Positions 1-9,347 of a stretch of 64,000 nucleotides of DNA are shown here, piece by piece. The DNA comes from an uncultured delta proteobacterium (GTDB lineage Bacteria; Desulfobacterota; Desulfobaccia; Desulfobaccales; 0-14-0-80-60-11): assembly GCA_963812015.1 (NCBI GenBank), contig CAWETI010000002.1, positions 544,001-608,000 of the forward strand, read 5' to 3'. How positions within the stretch are numbered: the stretch's first letter is position 1; the number at the start of each line of letters is the position of its first letter. Made by a program: the position numbers and the translations under genes. Under the pieces are notes generated by a model. It saw only the letters and a list, made by a program, of their open reading frames with translations. It had not been told where the DNA came from and ran no database searches.

Positions 1-1006
1 ACTCCGCCAGACCGTCCACCAGGGCCGTGCCGCCCACCAGCACCGCGCCGGAGTGGAGGGGATGGGTGAACCGGGCCCGCTGCACCTCTTTGCCCAGCAG
101 GTTCAAAATTTCCGCCACCCGCATGTGGATGATCTCCGCCAGGCGGCTGCGGGGCATGCTCTGGGTCTCCCGGCCGGTGAGGCCCGCCACTTCGATGAGT
201 TCATCCGGGTCCGAGAGGGCGTTGAGACAAGCGCCGTATTGTTTCTTCAGTTCTTCGGCATGGTTCAGTGAAGTGGGCAGTCCCACGGCAATGTCGTTGG
301 TCAGGTTGTTGCCCCCCACCGGCAGGACGAAGTTGTGCCGGAGGGCGTTTTCGGCAAAGATGGCCAGGTTCGTGACGCCGCCGCCGAAGTCGACCAGGGC
401 CACGCCCATTTCCTTCTCTTCGTCGGTGAGGACCGCCTCCCCGGCGGCCAGGCTTTGGAGGGCGATGCCGTTCACTTCCAGGCCGGCCCGATTGGCGCAC
501 TTGAGAATATTATTGAGGGAGGTCACGGCCCCGGTGACGATGTGGACCTTGCACTCCAGGCGCACCCCGTTGATGCCCACCGGGTCCTTGATGCCGTCTT
601 GCCCGTCGATCAAAAAGTCCTGGACCAGGGTATGGATTACCTCCCGGTCGGAGGGGATGGCCACGGTGCGGGCGGTCTCGATGACCCGCTCCATGTCGGC
701 CGGGGTCACCTCCCGGTCCTTGATGGCGATGATGCCCTGGCTGTTGATGACCTTGGTCTGGCCGCCGCCGACCCCGGCGTAAACCGAACGGATTTCACAG
801 CCGGCCATGGTTTCGGCTTCCTCCACGGCGCGGCGGATAGCCCTCACGGTGTTTTCAATATTTACCACCACCCCTTTGCGCAATCCACCGGCGGTGGGCG
901 ACGAACCCAGTCCCACGATATCCAACTGCTGGTCCCGCACTTCGCCCACCACGGCGCAAATCTTGGTGGTGCCGATGTCCAAACCGACGATGAGGTCTTG
1001 AGGCAC
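1..1006 (-). CDS. ftsA: Cell division protein FtsA (5' part; runs off window start)
   Basis: Hand translation from GTG at 1006: VPQDLIVGLDIGTTKICAVVGE...GLRKGVVVNIE. Follows ftsQ. Absent from the ORF track because its stop lies outside the window. Confidence 0.95.
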   Translation of the reverse strand, partial: MPQDLIVGLDIGTTKICAVVGEVRDQQLDIVGLGSSPTAGGLRKGVVVNIENTVRAIRRAVEEAETMAGCEIRSVYAGVGGGQTKVINSQGIIAIKDREVTPADMERVIETARTVAIPSDREVIHTLVQDFLIDGQDGIKDPVGINGVRLECKVHIVTGAVTSLNNILKCANRAGLEVNGIALQSLAAGEAVLTDEEKEMGVALVDFGGGVTNLAIFAENALRHNFVLPVGGNNLTNDIAVGLPTSLNHAEELKKQYGACLNALSDPDELIEVAGLTGRETQSMPRSRLAEIIHMRVAEILNLLGKEVQRARFTHPLHSGAVLVGGTALVDGLAE

Positions 1007-1015
1007 AGTTCTATC

Positions 1016-1921
1016 CTATGGGTTAGCTTCCATCCCCTTCAGGGTAACCAGCGCCCGACGGGGATAGTTGAGGTTGATACGCCCAGTCTTGGCCACTAAT
1101 CCCTTTTGCACTAATACGGGCCATAATTGCGCGAATTTCTGCAATTTTTCCGAATAGTCTTTGAAGCCGACGTCCAGGGCGACCCCCACGCCGTTGGCAT
1201 AGAGGGTGAAGCCCTGTTCCAGGTCCGCGTGAATCTCGGAGATATTCTCCAGATTAAGAGGCGGCGGCATTTTCTTCAGCACTTCCATCAAGTTGAAGGC
1301 CTGGGCCACCACCTCGGGCAAATCACCGGCCCCATGCCGGAACTGCTCCGGCGTCAAGCCCGTGATAACGGGAAAATTATGAGGATCACCGGGAGACAGG
1401 GGTTTAAAGATCATCCCCTGGCGATCCATATAGAGCAACTCTTCGCCGATCTGGGCCAGGGCCACCGGGTCCCGCTCCTGAATCTTCAGGTGGAGGCTGT
1501 GAGGCCACTTCCTGGACACTTCGGCCTTGGCGATCCAGGGATGGGTCATCAGGGCCCGCTCCACCTGGCCGGGCCGGATGGCCAGAAGGTTGACGCCGGG
1601 TCCCAGCCTGGCCTGTTGGAGCAGGACGCTGGGGGACAGACGCTTGGTCCCCTCAATCTCGATATTGTTGATATCTTTAATGCAAAACGCGGAACAGGTC
1701 AAGAGTTGATGGTAGAGCACCACCAAACCCAGACAGAGACCCGCCAGGGTCAACAACCCGAAGACCCAGGCCACGCCCCGGAGCCAGCTTTTCCGGGACT
1801 CTCCCTTGAAACGATTGCGGCGATAACTGTTCTGGGAGCGCCCTCGGGGGAGGAGCCGGGTCTTGCGCACCGGGCGCTGGGGTACGAGACGGGAGGGCCG
1901 TTGCTCGGTGCTTTTCTTCAT
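1016..1921 (-). CDS. ftsQ: Cell division protein FtsQ/DivIB
   Basis: Basic N-terminus, one TM helix, POTRA-like segment (IEIEGTKRL...HPWIAKAEVSRKWPHSLHLKIQERDP). Directly upstream of ftsA. Confidence 0.9.
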   Translation of the reverse strand: MKKSTEQRPSRLVPQRPVRKTRLLPRGRSQNSYRRNRFKGESRKSWLRGVAWVFGLLTLAGLCLGLVVLYHQLLTCSAFCIKDINNIEIEGTKRLSPSVLLQQARLGPGVNLLAIRPGQVERALMTHPWIAKAEVSRKWPHSLHLKIQERDPVALAQIGEELLYMDRQGMIFKPLSPGDPHNFPVITGLTPEQFRHGAGDLPEVVAQAFNLMEVLKKMPPPLNLENISEIHADLEQGFTLYANGVGVALDVGFKDYSEKLQKFAQLWPVLVQKGLVAKTGRINLNYPRRALVTLKGMEANP

Positions 1922-3321
1922 GGGCGCCCCGTGTCTAGCCCCGCCGCCTGGCTTTGCAGGCGGGCCAGCAGCTCTTCGCCGGTCTTCCAGATATCCCCGG
2001 CCCCCAGGGTGAGAACCATGTCACCGGCATTGAGGTGATTAAAAATATAATCGGCCTTTGAGCCGTTTTCTTCAATAAAATGAACTCCGGGGTGGCCGGT
2101 GCGACGGACGCCCTCATAGACGGACCGGCCGGAGAGACCATTGGGGCGGCTTTCGCCGGCGCCGTAGATCTCGGTGATGAAGACCACCCCGGCCTCAGCG
2201 AAGACGGGAAAAAATTCCGGCAGCAGGGCCCGGGTGCGGCTGTAGCGGTGGGGCTGGAAGGCCACCACCAGGCGGCGGTGGGGAAAGGCCTGGGCCAGGC
2301 CGGTTAAGGTGGAGCGGATTTCGGTGGGGTGATGGCCGTAATCATCCACCACCAGGATGCCCCGGGCTTCCCCCTTGACCTGGCAGCGGCGGTGGATCTG
2401 GCCCAGGTCCCGGAGGCCCTGCTGCCAGGCCGGGAACTCCAGGCCCAACAGATGGCCCACGGCGCAGGCGGCCATGGCGTTGAGGACGTAATGGGACCCG
2501 GCCAGGGGCACGGTGACGGTCCCCAGGGCCTGCCCCCGGCGCCAGAGGCGGAAGCGGTAGCCCAAACCCTGGGGGGAAAGATCGGTGGCGTAGAAATCGG
2601 CCGTACCCGGCTTCAGGCTGTAAGTAAGCATCTCGTGGGGGCAGCCTTTGAGGACCGGGGCCAGGTGGGGGTCGTCGGCCCAGGCCACCAGCCGGGCGCC
2701 CGGGGGCAGGCCCGCCAGATACCCGGCAAAGGTCTCCTGGATGTGGGCCAGGTCCCGGTAGTGGTCCAGGTGTTCTTTATCCAGGTTGGTGATGATGCTG
2801 ATCTGGGGGGCCAGATACGTAAAGGAGCCGTCGGACTCGTCGGCTTCGGCCACGAAGTAGTCGCCCCGGCCCAGGATGGCGTTGGACCCCAGGCAGTCCC
2901 ACAGGGCCCCCACCACCACGGTGGGGTCGAGGTAGCCGGCCCGGAGCACCGCCGCGGTCATGGCGGTGGTGGAGGTCTTGCCGTGGGCCCCCGTGACCGC
3001 CACCTGAAAATGGTTTTGCATCAGGGCGGCTAACATTTCGCCCCGCCGGAGCACCTTTAAGCCTCGGGCCCGGGCCGCGGCGAGTTCCGGGTTGTCCTCT
3101 TTCACCGCGGTAGAGTGGACCACCACGTCGGCGTCGCCCAGGTTTTCGGCCTGGTGGCCTAAATGGACGCGCACCCCCAGGGTTTGAAGGCGCTGGGTGA
3201 TGGCGCCCTCGGCCAGATCCGAGCCGCTCACCCGGTAGCCCTGGCGCACCAACAGCTCCGCCAGGCCGCTCATGCCGATGCCGCCGACGCCGATGAAGTG
3301 GTAGGTGGTGATATTAGTCAT
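1918..3321 (-). CDS. murC: UDP-N-acetylmuramate--L-alanine ligase
   Basis: HFIGVGGIGMSGLA, GAHGKTSTT, EADESD and DDYGHHPTE motifs. Confidence 0.97.
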   Translation of the reverse strand: MTNITTYHFIGVGGIGMSGLAELLVRQGYRVSGSDLAEGAITQRLQTLGVRVHLGHQAENLGDADVVVHSTAVKEDNPELAAARARGLKVLRRGEMLAALMQNHFQVAVTGAHGKTSTTAMTAAVLRAGYLDPTVVVGALWDCLGSNAILGRGDYFVAEADESDGSFTYLAPQISIITNLDKEHLDHYRDLAHIQETFAGYLAGLPPGARLVAWADDPHLAPVLKGCPHEMLTYSLKPGTADFYATDLSPQGLGYRFRLWRRGQALGTVTVPLAGSHYVLNAMAACAVGHLLGLEFPAWQQGLRDLGQIHRRCQVKGEARGILVVDDYGHHPTEIRSTLTGLAQAFPHRRLVVAFQPHRYSRTRALLPEFFPVFAEAGVVFITEIYGAGESRPNGLSGRSVYEGVRRTGHPGVHFIEENGSKADYIFNHLNAGDMVLTLGAGDIWKTGEELLARLQSQAAGLDTGRP

Positions 3322-3334
3322 ATTAAGGAATTAT

Positions 3335-3355
3335 GGTGGGCAGTGCCCACCCTAC
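3335..3355 (-). repeat. GTAG-REP palindrome, family A (copy 1)
   Basis: Minus strand reads GTAG-GGTGGGCACTGCCCACC. Confidence 0.9.
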
Positions 3356-3370
3356 ATATTTTTATATTTC

Positions 3371-3607
3371 TCAAACAACATTACTTTCAGGTAAGCCGCG
3401 GTCATTGTCATCATTATCCCAACCGCACTTGGTGCAATTAAACAAGTTGTTTAATGAAGCTCCTCCACAACGGGGGCATCGACCCTTCTTGATGCAATCA
3501 TCACAATCAGAAATATATGGAGGACGATCCTGCTTTTTGAATCTCCCCCACCCTTCACAGGATTTACAATAGTTTGGGTATGTTTTTTCGTATTCGGCGC
3601 GATCCAT
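3371..3607 (-). CDS. 78-aa Cys-rich protein with four CxxC motifs (putative double zinc finger)
   Basis: MDRAEYEKTYPNYCKSC...CDDC...CPRC...CTKC. GAGGA RBS upstream of the ATG at 3607. AT-rich and bounded by REPs. Confidence 0.7.
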   Translation of the reverse strand: MDRAEYEKTYPNYCKSCEGWGRFKKQDRPPYISDCDDCIKKGRCPRCGGASLNNLFNCTKCGWDNDDNDRGLPESNVV

Positions 3608-3656
3608 GATCTTATCCTCTGCCTCATATTCTGACTTTATATAATCAATGTAACAT

Positions 3657-3677
3657 GTAGGGCGGGCACTGCCCGCC
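3657..3677 (+). repeat. GTAG-REP palindrome, family A (copy 2)
   Basis: GTAG-GGCGGGCACTGCCCGCC. Confidence 0.9.
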
Positions 3678-3683
3678 ATTTTT

Positions 3684-4187
3684 TTATTCACCAAAAATAT
3701 CATTCGAATCAAAACAAACTCCTTCACCCCAATTTGCCGGATATAACCCTTCCTCTAAGTAACGATGAAAGGTGGAAGAAGGCCAATCTTTGGGACTCTC
3801 GACCAACCCATGTTTCACCGGATTATAATGGATATAATCAAGGTGTGTTTGCAAATCCCGGTCGTCACGGATAAGATGCTCCCAAAAACGGTTTTGCCAG
3901 ACCGGCGTGGTTGGACGGCTCAATGCCTTGGTAAATTTTGCCTTGATTAGCCCCCAGCGTTTGGAAAAGTCGGCGTCTCCTTCAGGAAGCGTCCATATAC
4001 AGTGGAGATGTTCCGGTAATAATACCCAGGCGTCGATGTTAAACGGATAGGTTGATTGCACCTCCATAATGGCCTTTTTTAAAATCAATCGATTATTAAT
4101 CTCGTAGAAAAGTTTCCTGCGCCGATGCGTCACCACCGTAAAGAAGAAGGTCCCTCCTGGTTGTTGTGCTCTTTTATAACGAGGCAT
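3684..4187 (-). CDS. rayT: REP-associated tyrosine transposase (RAYT / TnpA-REP, HUH superfamily)
   Basis: GGTFFFTVVT, VLLPEHLHCIW (HUH), WQNRFWEHLIRD and YIHYNPVKHGLV (catalytic Tyr). Flanked by inverted GTAG REPs. Confidence 0.93.
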   Translation of the reverse strand: MPRYKRAQQPGGTFFFTVVTHRRRKLFYEINNRLILKKAIMEVQSTYPFNIDAWVLLPEHLHCIWTLPEGDADFSKRWGLIKAKFTKALSRPTTPVWQNRFWEHLIRDDRDLQTHLDYIHYNPVKHGLVESPKDWPSSTFHRYLEEGLYPANWGEGVCFDSNDIFGE

Positions 4188-4210
4188 GTTCGCATATCAA
4201 GGTAAATGCC

Positions 4211-4231
4211 GGCGGGCAATGCCCGCCCTAC
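4211..4231 (-). repeat. GTAG-REP palindrome, family A (copy 3)
   Basis: Minus strand reads GTAG-GGCGGGCATTGCCCGCC. Confidence 0.9.
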
Positions 4232-4247
4232 ATTAATGATCCCAAAA

Positions 4248-5339
4248 TTAGTCGGATCGGATCAACTCCAAACACCCCTCTACAATCTCTTTCGCCGCAT
4301 CGGGCCGGGCCAGTTTGCGGCTGGATGCTTCCATATTAGCCAGGGGTTCGGGATCGGTGAGAAACTGGTTTATCTTACCAGCGAAAGCTTCTCCGGTAAA
4401 ATCTTTATTTAAGATTATCTCGGCGGCCCCAGCCGCGGCCAGGAACCGGGCGTTGAACTCCTGGTGGTTGTTAGCCGCGAAGGGGTAGGGCACCAGGATG
4501 GCGGCCCGGCCCACCGCGGTGAGTTCCGCCAGAGTGGAGGCCCCGGCCCGGCAGACCAGGAGGTGGGCCCGGCGCATCCAGGCGGCCACCTCCGGGGTGA
4601 ATGCCGCCACTTCCGCCGAGAAACCGTGCGCCCGGTAGCCCCCGGCCACCGTCTCCCGGTCGGCTTCGCCGGTGAGGTGGAGAAAGGCCAGACGGTCTTT
4701 ACAACCCGCCAGCCCCGGCAGCCCCGCCAGCACCCCCATATTGAGGTGGTGGGCCCCCTGGCTGCCGCCGGTGATCATCACCGTGAAGGGCGAGTCGGCC
4801 CTGGGCTCCCCGGGCTCAAAAAACTCCGGCCGGATGGGATTGCCGGTCCAGAGGCAGCGCCCCGGAGGGAAAAAATCCTGGCTGGCGGGAAAGGATACGA
4901 AGATCTTCCGGGCCAGCCGGGACAAATAGCGGTTGGTGGCCCCGGGGATAGCGTTTTGTTCGTGGAGCGCCAGGGGAATACCCAGGAGCCAGGCCGCCAC
5001 CCCCGCGGGACCGGAGGAATGGCCGCCCATGCCCAGGACCAGGTGGGGATTGAGGGCTTGCAGCCGGGACCGGGCCGCCAGCACGGCTCCCGGCACCCCC
5101 AGGAGGGTGCGGATGCGGCTCAAGAGCCCCTCACCCTTGAGGGCCCGGGCGGAGACGGCCTCCCAGGCAAAGCCGTAGCGCTCCAGGATCTGGGTGGTGA
5201 CCGCCTTGGGGGTGGTGAGGAAGGTGACCGTCGCCCGGTGGCACTCCTGGAATTCCCGGGCCACGGCAATGCCGGGGAACAGGTGCCCGCCGGTGCCGCC
5301 CGCGGCGATTACCACCCTGAGCTCTCTGGGGCCCTCCAT
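4248..5339 (-). CDS. murG: Undecaprenyl-PP-MurNAc-pentapeptide GlcNAc transferase
   Basis: AAGGTGGHLFPG, HEQNAIPG, GGSQGA, RAGASTLAE and HQEFNA motifs. Start placed at MEGPRE after a G-rich RBS. Confidence 0.96.
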   Translation of the reverse strand: MEGPRELRVVIAAGGTGGHLFPGIAVAREFQECHRATVTFLTTPKAVTTQILERYGFAWEAVSARALKGEGLLSRIRTLLGVPGAVLAARSRLQALNPHLVLGMGGHSSGPAGVAAWLLGIPLALHEQNAIPGATNRYLSRLARKIFVSFPASQDFFPPGRCLWTGNPIRPEFFEPGEPRADSPFTVMITGGSQGAHHLNMGVLAGLPGLAGCKDRLAFLHLTGEADRETVAGGYRAHGFSAEVAAFTPEVAAWMRRAHLLVCRAGASTLAELTAVGRAAILVPYPFAANNHQEFNARFLAAAGAAEIILNKDFTGEAFAGKINQFLTDPEPLANMEASSRKLARPDAAKEIVEGCLELIRSD

Positions 5340-5489
5340 TCTCCCCCCCCGATGGCCATCGGCCCCTCCCTGGGCCAATGCTATGAATGGCTTACCTCAA
5401 CCTAAATCCCCGGTTTTGCGGCCGCGGTGGCCGGAATCATCATGGGAAACTTATCCCGGCAGGGCGCCGGGCGTTCCGCCCTCGTCCGG

Positions 5490-6662
5490 TTATTTTTCTC
5501 CCTCCACCGGCGGTTTGGGCGCTTTGGGCGAAGCCCCCTGGGGAAACTTGACCTGGCTGCTGATATTCAACAGGATGCCCACGGCCAGTAAATTGACCAG
5601 CAGCCCCGAACCCCCGTAGCTGAGGAAGGGCAGGGACAGCCCCTTGGTGGGGAGGATGCCGCTCACCACCCCCATGTTGATGAGGGCCGGCAGGCCGATC
5701 ATGAGGGTGAGCCCCAAGGCCAGATACGAGCCGAAGCTGTCCGGGGCCTTAAGGCTCAGGCGAATGCCCCGGCAGATCAAGATGGTAAACAGGGCCAGCA
5801 CCAGCAGAACCCCCAAAAAGCCCAGTTCTTCGCTGAAGATGGCCAGGATGAAATCAGTGTGGCAGTCAGGCAGGTAAAAGAGTTTGGCCCGGCTCTGGCC
5901 GAGTCCCAGGCCCGACAGCCCCCCGGAGCCGATGGCGAGCAAGGCCTGCTTGAGCTGGTAGCCCACGTCCTGGCCGTGCTTCCAGGGGTCCAGGAACGAC
6001 AGGATGCGGGCGAACTTTTTGGGGTCCCGGAGCACCATCAAAATGCCCAGGGGGATGACGGCGGCCATGGCCAGGAGGATGTGCGTGACCCGGGTGCCGC
6101 CCACAAAGAGCATGGTGAAGACGATGGCCCCCAGGGTGACGGAGGTGCCGAAATCCGGTTCCTTGAGGATCAGGGCGATAAAGAGGCCGGCCATCAGCAT
6201 GTGGGGCAAAAAGCCGATGGCGAAATACTTCATTTTCTCCTGCTTCCGGGCCAGGGAATAGGCCATGAACAAGACCATGGCCAGCTTGGCGAACTCCGAG
6301 GGCTGGAGGGTCAGGGGCCCCAGGCGCAGCCAGCGGGCCGCGCCCCGGACCTTGCCGCCGATGCCCGGGACAAAGACCAGAACCAGGGTGAGGAGGGAAA
6401 GCACCAGGATGTGGTAAATCCAGCGCTTGTAACGGTGATAGTTGATGCTGCGCCCCAGGAAGAGGGCCCCCACGCCCAGGAAGGCGTAGATCCCCTGGCG
6501 CTTGACGAAGTAGTAGGCGTCGCTGTACTCGGACTGGGCCATGAGGGTGCTGGAGGTGAAAATCATGGCCATTCCCAGGGCCAGCAAAGAGTAGGCGGTG
6601 ATCTGGAGAGTCTGGTCGTAATGGACCGAGGCCATTGCCGGAGCGGCAGCTTCATGCTTCAT
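5490..6662 (-). CDS. ftsW: Peptidoglycan polymerase FtsW (SEDS family)
   Basis: GAARWLRLG, QPSEFAK, EPDFGT, HTDFI and LPFLSYGGS motifs; multi-TM. Confidence 0.96.
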   Translation of the reverse strand: MKHEAAAPAMASVHYDQTLQITAYSLLALGMAMIFTSSTLMAQSEYSDAYYFVKRQGIYAFLGVGALFLGRSINYHRYKRWIYHILVLSLLTLVLVFVPGIGGKVRGAARWLRLGPLTLQPSEFAKLAMVLFMAYSLARKQEKMKYFAIGFLPHMLMAGLFIALILKEPDFGTSVTLGAIVFTMLFVGGTRVTHILLAMAAVIPLGILMVLRDPKKFARILSFLDPWKHGQDVGYQLKQALLAIGSGGLSGLGLGQSRAKLFYLPDCHTDFILAIFSEELGFLGVLLVLALFTILICRGIRLSLKAPDSFGSYLALGLTLMIGLPALINMGVVSGILPTKGLSLPFLSYGGSGLLVNLLAVGILLNISSQVKFPQGASPKAPKPPVEGEK

Positions 6663-8004
6663 ACGAGAGCTCCCTTACCTGTTTTTGAAAGGTTTGCCCA
6701 CGGTGAACGTAATCTTTGTACATATCAAAGCTGGCGCAGCCGGGAGACAGGAGCACCACCTCCCCGGGGCGGGCCAGGTCCCAGGCCCGAGCCACCGCCG
6801 CGGCCATGTCGTCGGCCAGGTAGGCCGGAGTGAGCCCCCCCCACACCCGGGCCAGGTGCTCCCGGGTTTCCCCGATCAGGACCAGGGCCTTGACCCGGGT
6901 CCGAATGAGGTCGTTCAAGAGGGAGAAGTCGCTGTCCTTGTCCCGGCCGCCGGCAATGAGGACCACCGGCCGGTCAAAGTGGGCCAGGGAGCAGGCTACC
7001 GCGCCCACGTTGGTGCCTTTGGAGTCATCGTAGAAGGAAACCCCCCGGCGGTCGGCCACCCATTCCAGGCGGTGAGGCAGGCCGCCAAAATTCGCCAGCA
7101 CTTCCCGGCAGGCCCCGGGGTCGGCCCCCGCATCCAGGGCCAGGAGCAGGGCCGCCATGATGTTCTCCAGGTTGTGCCTACCTTTTAGCCGGATGTGCTC
7201 CAGGGGAAAAGTTGCTTCCCGGCTGTCGGCCAGCCTCACCTGGATGGCGGCGTGGTGCAGCCAGGCCCCGGTGGTGAGGGGCCGGGCGGCGGAAAAGTAA
7301 TAGACCCGGCTCTCGCCCCGGCCAAGGGCCGCCACCGCGGGGTCGTCGGCGTTGAGGACCTGAAGATCGCCCGGCTCCTGGCAGCGGAACAGGCCGGCCT
7401 TGGAAGCGAGATAGGCGTCGAAGCCGGGGTAGCGGTCCAGGTGGTCCTGGGTGACGTTCAAGAGCGCCGCAGCCTGGGGATGGAAGTGGGGAGCGGTGTC
7501 CAACTGGAAGCTGCTCACCTCCAGCACCAGGCAATCCGCCTCATCCTGCCGGGACAGAAGCGAAACCACGGGGGTGCCGATATTGCCGCCCACCAGGGGT
7601 TTTTGCCCCGAGGCGGTGAGCAACTCCCCCAGCAGGGTGGTGGTGGTGGTCTTGCCATTGGTGCCGCTCACCGCGATGAGTCGCCGACGGATGTAGGGGC
7701 CGGCTACTTCGAGTTCGCCCACCACCGGCACGCCCGCGGCCCGGGCCGCCATGAGCCAGGGGAGTTCCGGGGGCACCCCGGGGGAGAGGACGATGGCATC
7801 GTATCCCTGCCAATCAGGTTGGGCCACGCCCAGGGCCTCCGTCACCCCCAGACTGTGGATGTCCCGGCGGGCCTCGGCCAGGGCCGAAGGATCGGCCTGG
7901 TCGGTGACCGTCACCTTCGCCCCGTGTTCCACCAGAAAACGGCACAGGGCCACGCCGGTCCGGGCCAGACCCACTACCAAAATTTTCTGATTAAGTAAGT
8001 CCAT
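6652..8004 (-). CDS. murD: UDP-MurNAc-L-Ala--D-Glu ligase
   Basis: SGTNGKTTT, GGNIG, EVSSFQL, DHLDRY, DDSKGTN and LLSPGCASFD motifs. Confidence 0.97.
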   Translation of the reverse strand: MDLLNQKILVVGLARTGVALCRFLVEHGAKVTVTDQADPSALAEARRDIHSLGVTEALGVAQPDWQGYDAIVLSPGVPPELPWLMAARAAGVPVVGELEVAGPYIRRRLIAVSGTNGKTTTTTLLGELLTASGQKPLVGGNIGTPVVSLLSRQDEADCLVLEVSSFQLDTAPHFHPQAAALLNVTQDHLDRYPGFDAYLASKAGLFRCQEPGDLQVLNADDPAVAALGRGESRVYYFSAARPLTTGAWLHHAAIQVRLADSREATFPLEHIRLKGRHNLENIMAALLLALDAGADPGACREVLANFGGLPHRLEWVADRRGVSFYDDSKGTNVGAVACSLAHFDRPVVLIAGGRDKDSDFSLLNDLIRTRVKALVLIGETREHLARVWGGLTPAYLADDMAAAVARAWDLARPGEVVLLSPGCASFDMYKDYVHRGQTFQKQVRELSYEA

Positions 8005-8034
8005 TGATCATATAAGCCACAAAGATGTTTGGGA

Positions 8035-8135
8035 CTTTGGGGGGCAAAAGGCGAAAAGGAGTTAACAGGATCACCGAATCCAGGCTTTTGTTTTTCCTTT
8101 TCCCCTTTTCTCCTTTTGCGCTTTTCCCCCAAGGG
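8035..8135. repeat. Imperfect inverted repeat with TTTTCCY-like tandem units between mraY and murD
   Basis: CTTTGGGGGGCAAAAGGCGAAAAGGAG ... CTCCTTTTGCGCTTTTCCCCCAAGGG. Confidence 0.6.
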
Positions 8136-8176
8136 CCAAGAAACCATCGAACTCGTTGAACCTAAATGACTTTGCG

Positions 8177-9256
8177 CTATCTCAGTTTAAGGGCGCTTAA
8201 TGACACCAATCCCAAAATAATGGCGATGATCCAGAAGCGCACGATGACCTTGGGTTCGGGCCAGCCCTTCAGTTCAAAATGATGGTGCAGCGGCGCCATG
8301 CGAAAGATGCGCTTGCCGTTGGAGACTTTAAAAAAGCCCACCTGGAGGATGACGGACAGGGCTTCCACCACGAAAATGCCGCCCACGAGGGCCAGGAGGA
8401 TTTCCTGCTTAGTGGCCAGGGCCACGGTGCCCAGGACGCCGCCCAGGGCCAGGGCGCCCACGTCCCCCATAAACACCTGGGCCGGGTAGGCGTTAAACCA
8501 GAGAAAACCCACCCCGGCGCCCATAAGGGCCCCCAGATAGATGGAGAGTTCCCCCACGCCCCGGACATAGGGGATTTGCAGATAAGCGGCGATCTTGATA
8601 TTGCCCGCCAGGTAGCAAAAAATCATGTAGAAGGCGGCGGCGATAGTTACCGGGCCGATGGCCAGGCCGTCCAGGCCGTCGGTGAGGTTCACCGCGTTGG
8701 CGGTGCCCACAATAACAAAGACCGCGAAGGGGATGAACAGGATGCCCAGGTCCGGCTGGACCTGCTTGAAAAAGGGGATCGTCAGAGTGGTGTCAAACCC
8801 GGGGTTGACGTAGAACCAGATGGCCGGCACCAGGGCCACGATGATTTGGCTCACCAGCTTGGCCCGCCCGCTCAAGCCCTGGTTGTGTTTCTTGATGACC
8901 TTGAGATAGTCGTCATAAAAGCCGATAAGGCCGAAACCCAGGGTCACCAGAACCAGAAGCCAGATGTAGGGATTGTTCAACTCGGCCCACAAGACGGTGG
9001 CGGTCAGGGTGGCGAAAATGATCATCAGCCCGCCCATGGTGGGCGTGCCGTTCTTGGCGAAGTGGGACTTGGGGCCTTCTTCCCGGACGGTCTGGCCGAT
9101 TTGCAGCGCCTTGAGCTTGCGAATAAACCAGGACCCAACCACCATGGAGATGATCAGGGCCGTGAGGATGGCGAAGATGGTCCGGAAGGTAATGTACCGG
9201 AAGACATTAAACCCGCCGAAAACCGTTTTTAATGGATAGAGAAGATGATAGAGCAC
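8177..9256 (-). CDS. mraY: Phospho-MurNAc-pentapeptide transferase
   Basis: [27 protein letters not shown] and MAPLHHHFE motifs. Confidence 0.98.
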   Translation of the reverse strand: MLYHLLYPLKTVFGGFNVFRYITFRTIFAILTALIISMVVGSWFIRKLKALQIGQTVREEGPKSHFAKNGTPTMGGLMIIFATLTATVLWAELNNPYIWLLVLVTLGFGLIGFYDDYLKVIKKHNQGLSGRAKLVSQIIVALVPAIWFYVNPGFDTTLTIPFFKQVQPDLGILFIPFAVFVIVGTANAVNLTDGLDGLAIGPVTIAAAFYMIFCYLAGNIKIAAYLQIPYVRGVGELSIYLGALMGAGVGFLWFNAYPAQVFMGDVGALALGGVLGTVALATKQEILLALVGGIFVVEALSVILQVGFFKVSNGKRIFRMAPLHHHFELKGWPEPKVIVRFWIIAIILGLVSLSALKLR

Positions 9257-9347
9257 CTAAGCCATTCTCCCTTAAAAATCCTTTTAAGTCCACTGAGGCA
9301 ACGAAACCGGGTTTTCCCGGCACGCCCAAGGGCCAAACCCGGCCACC

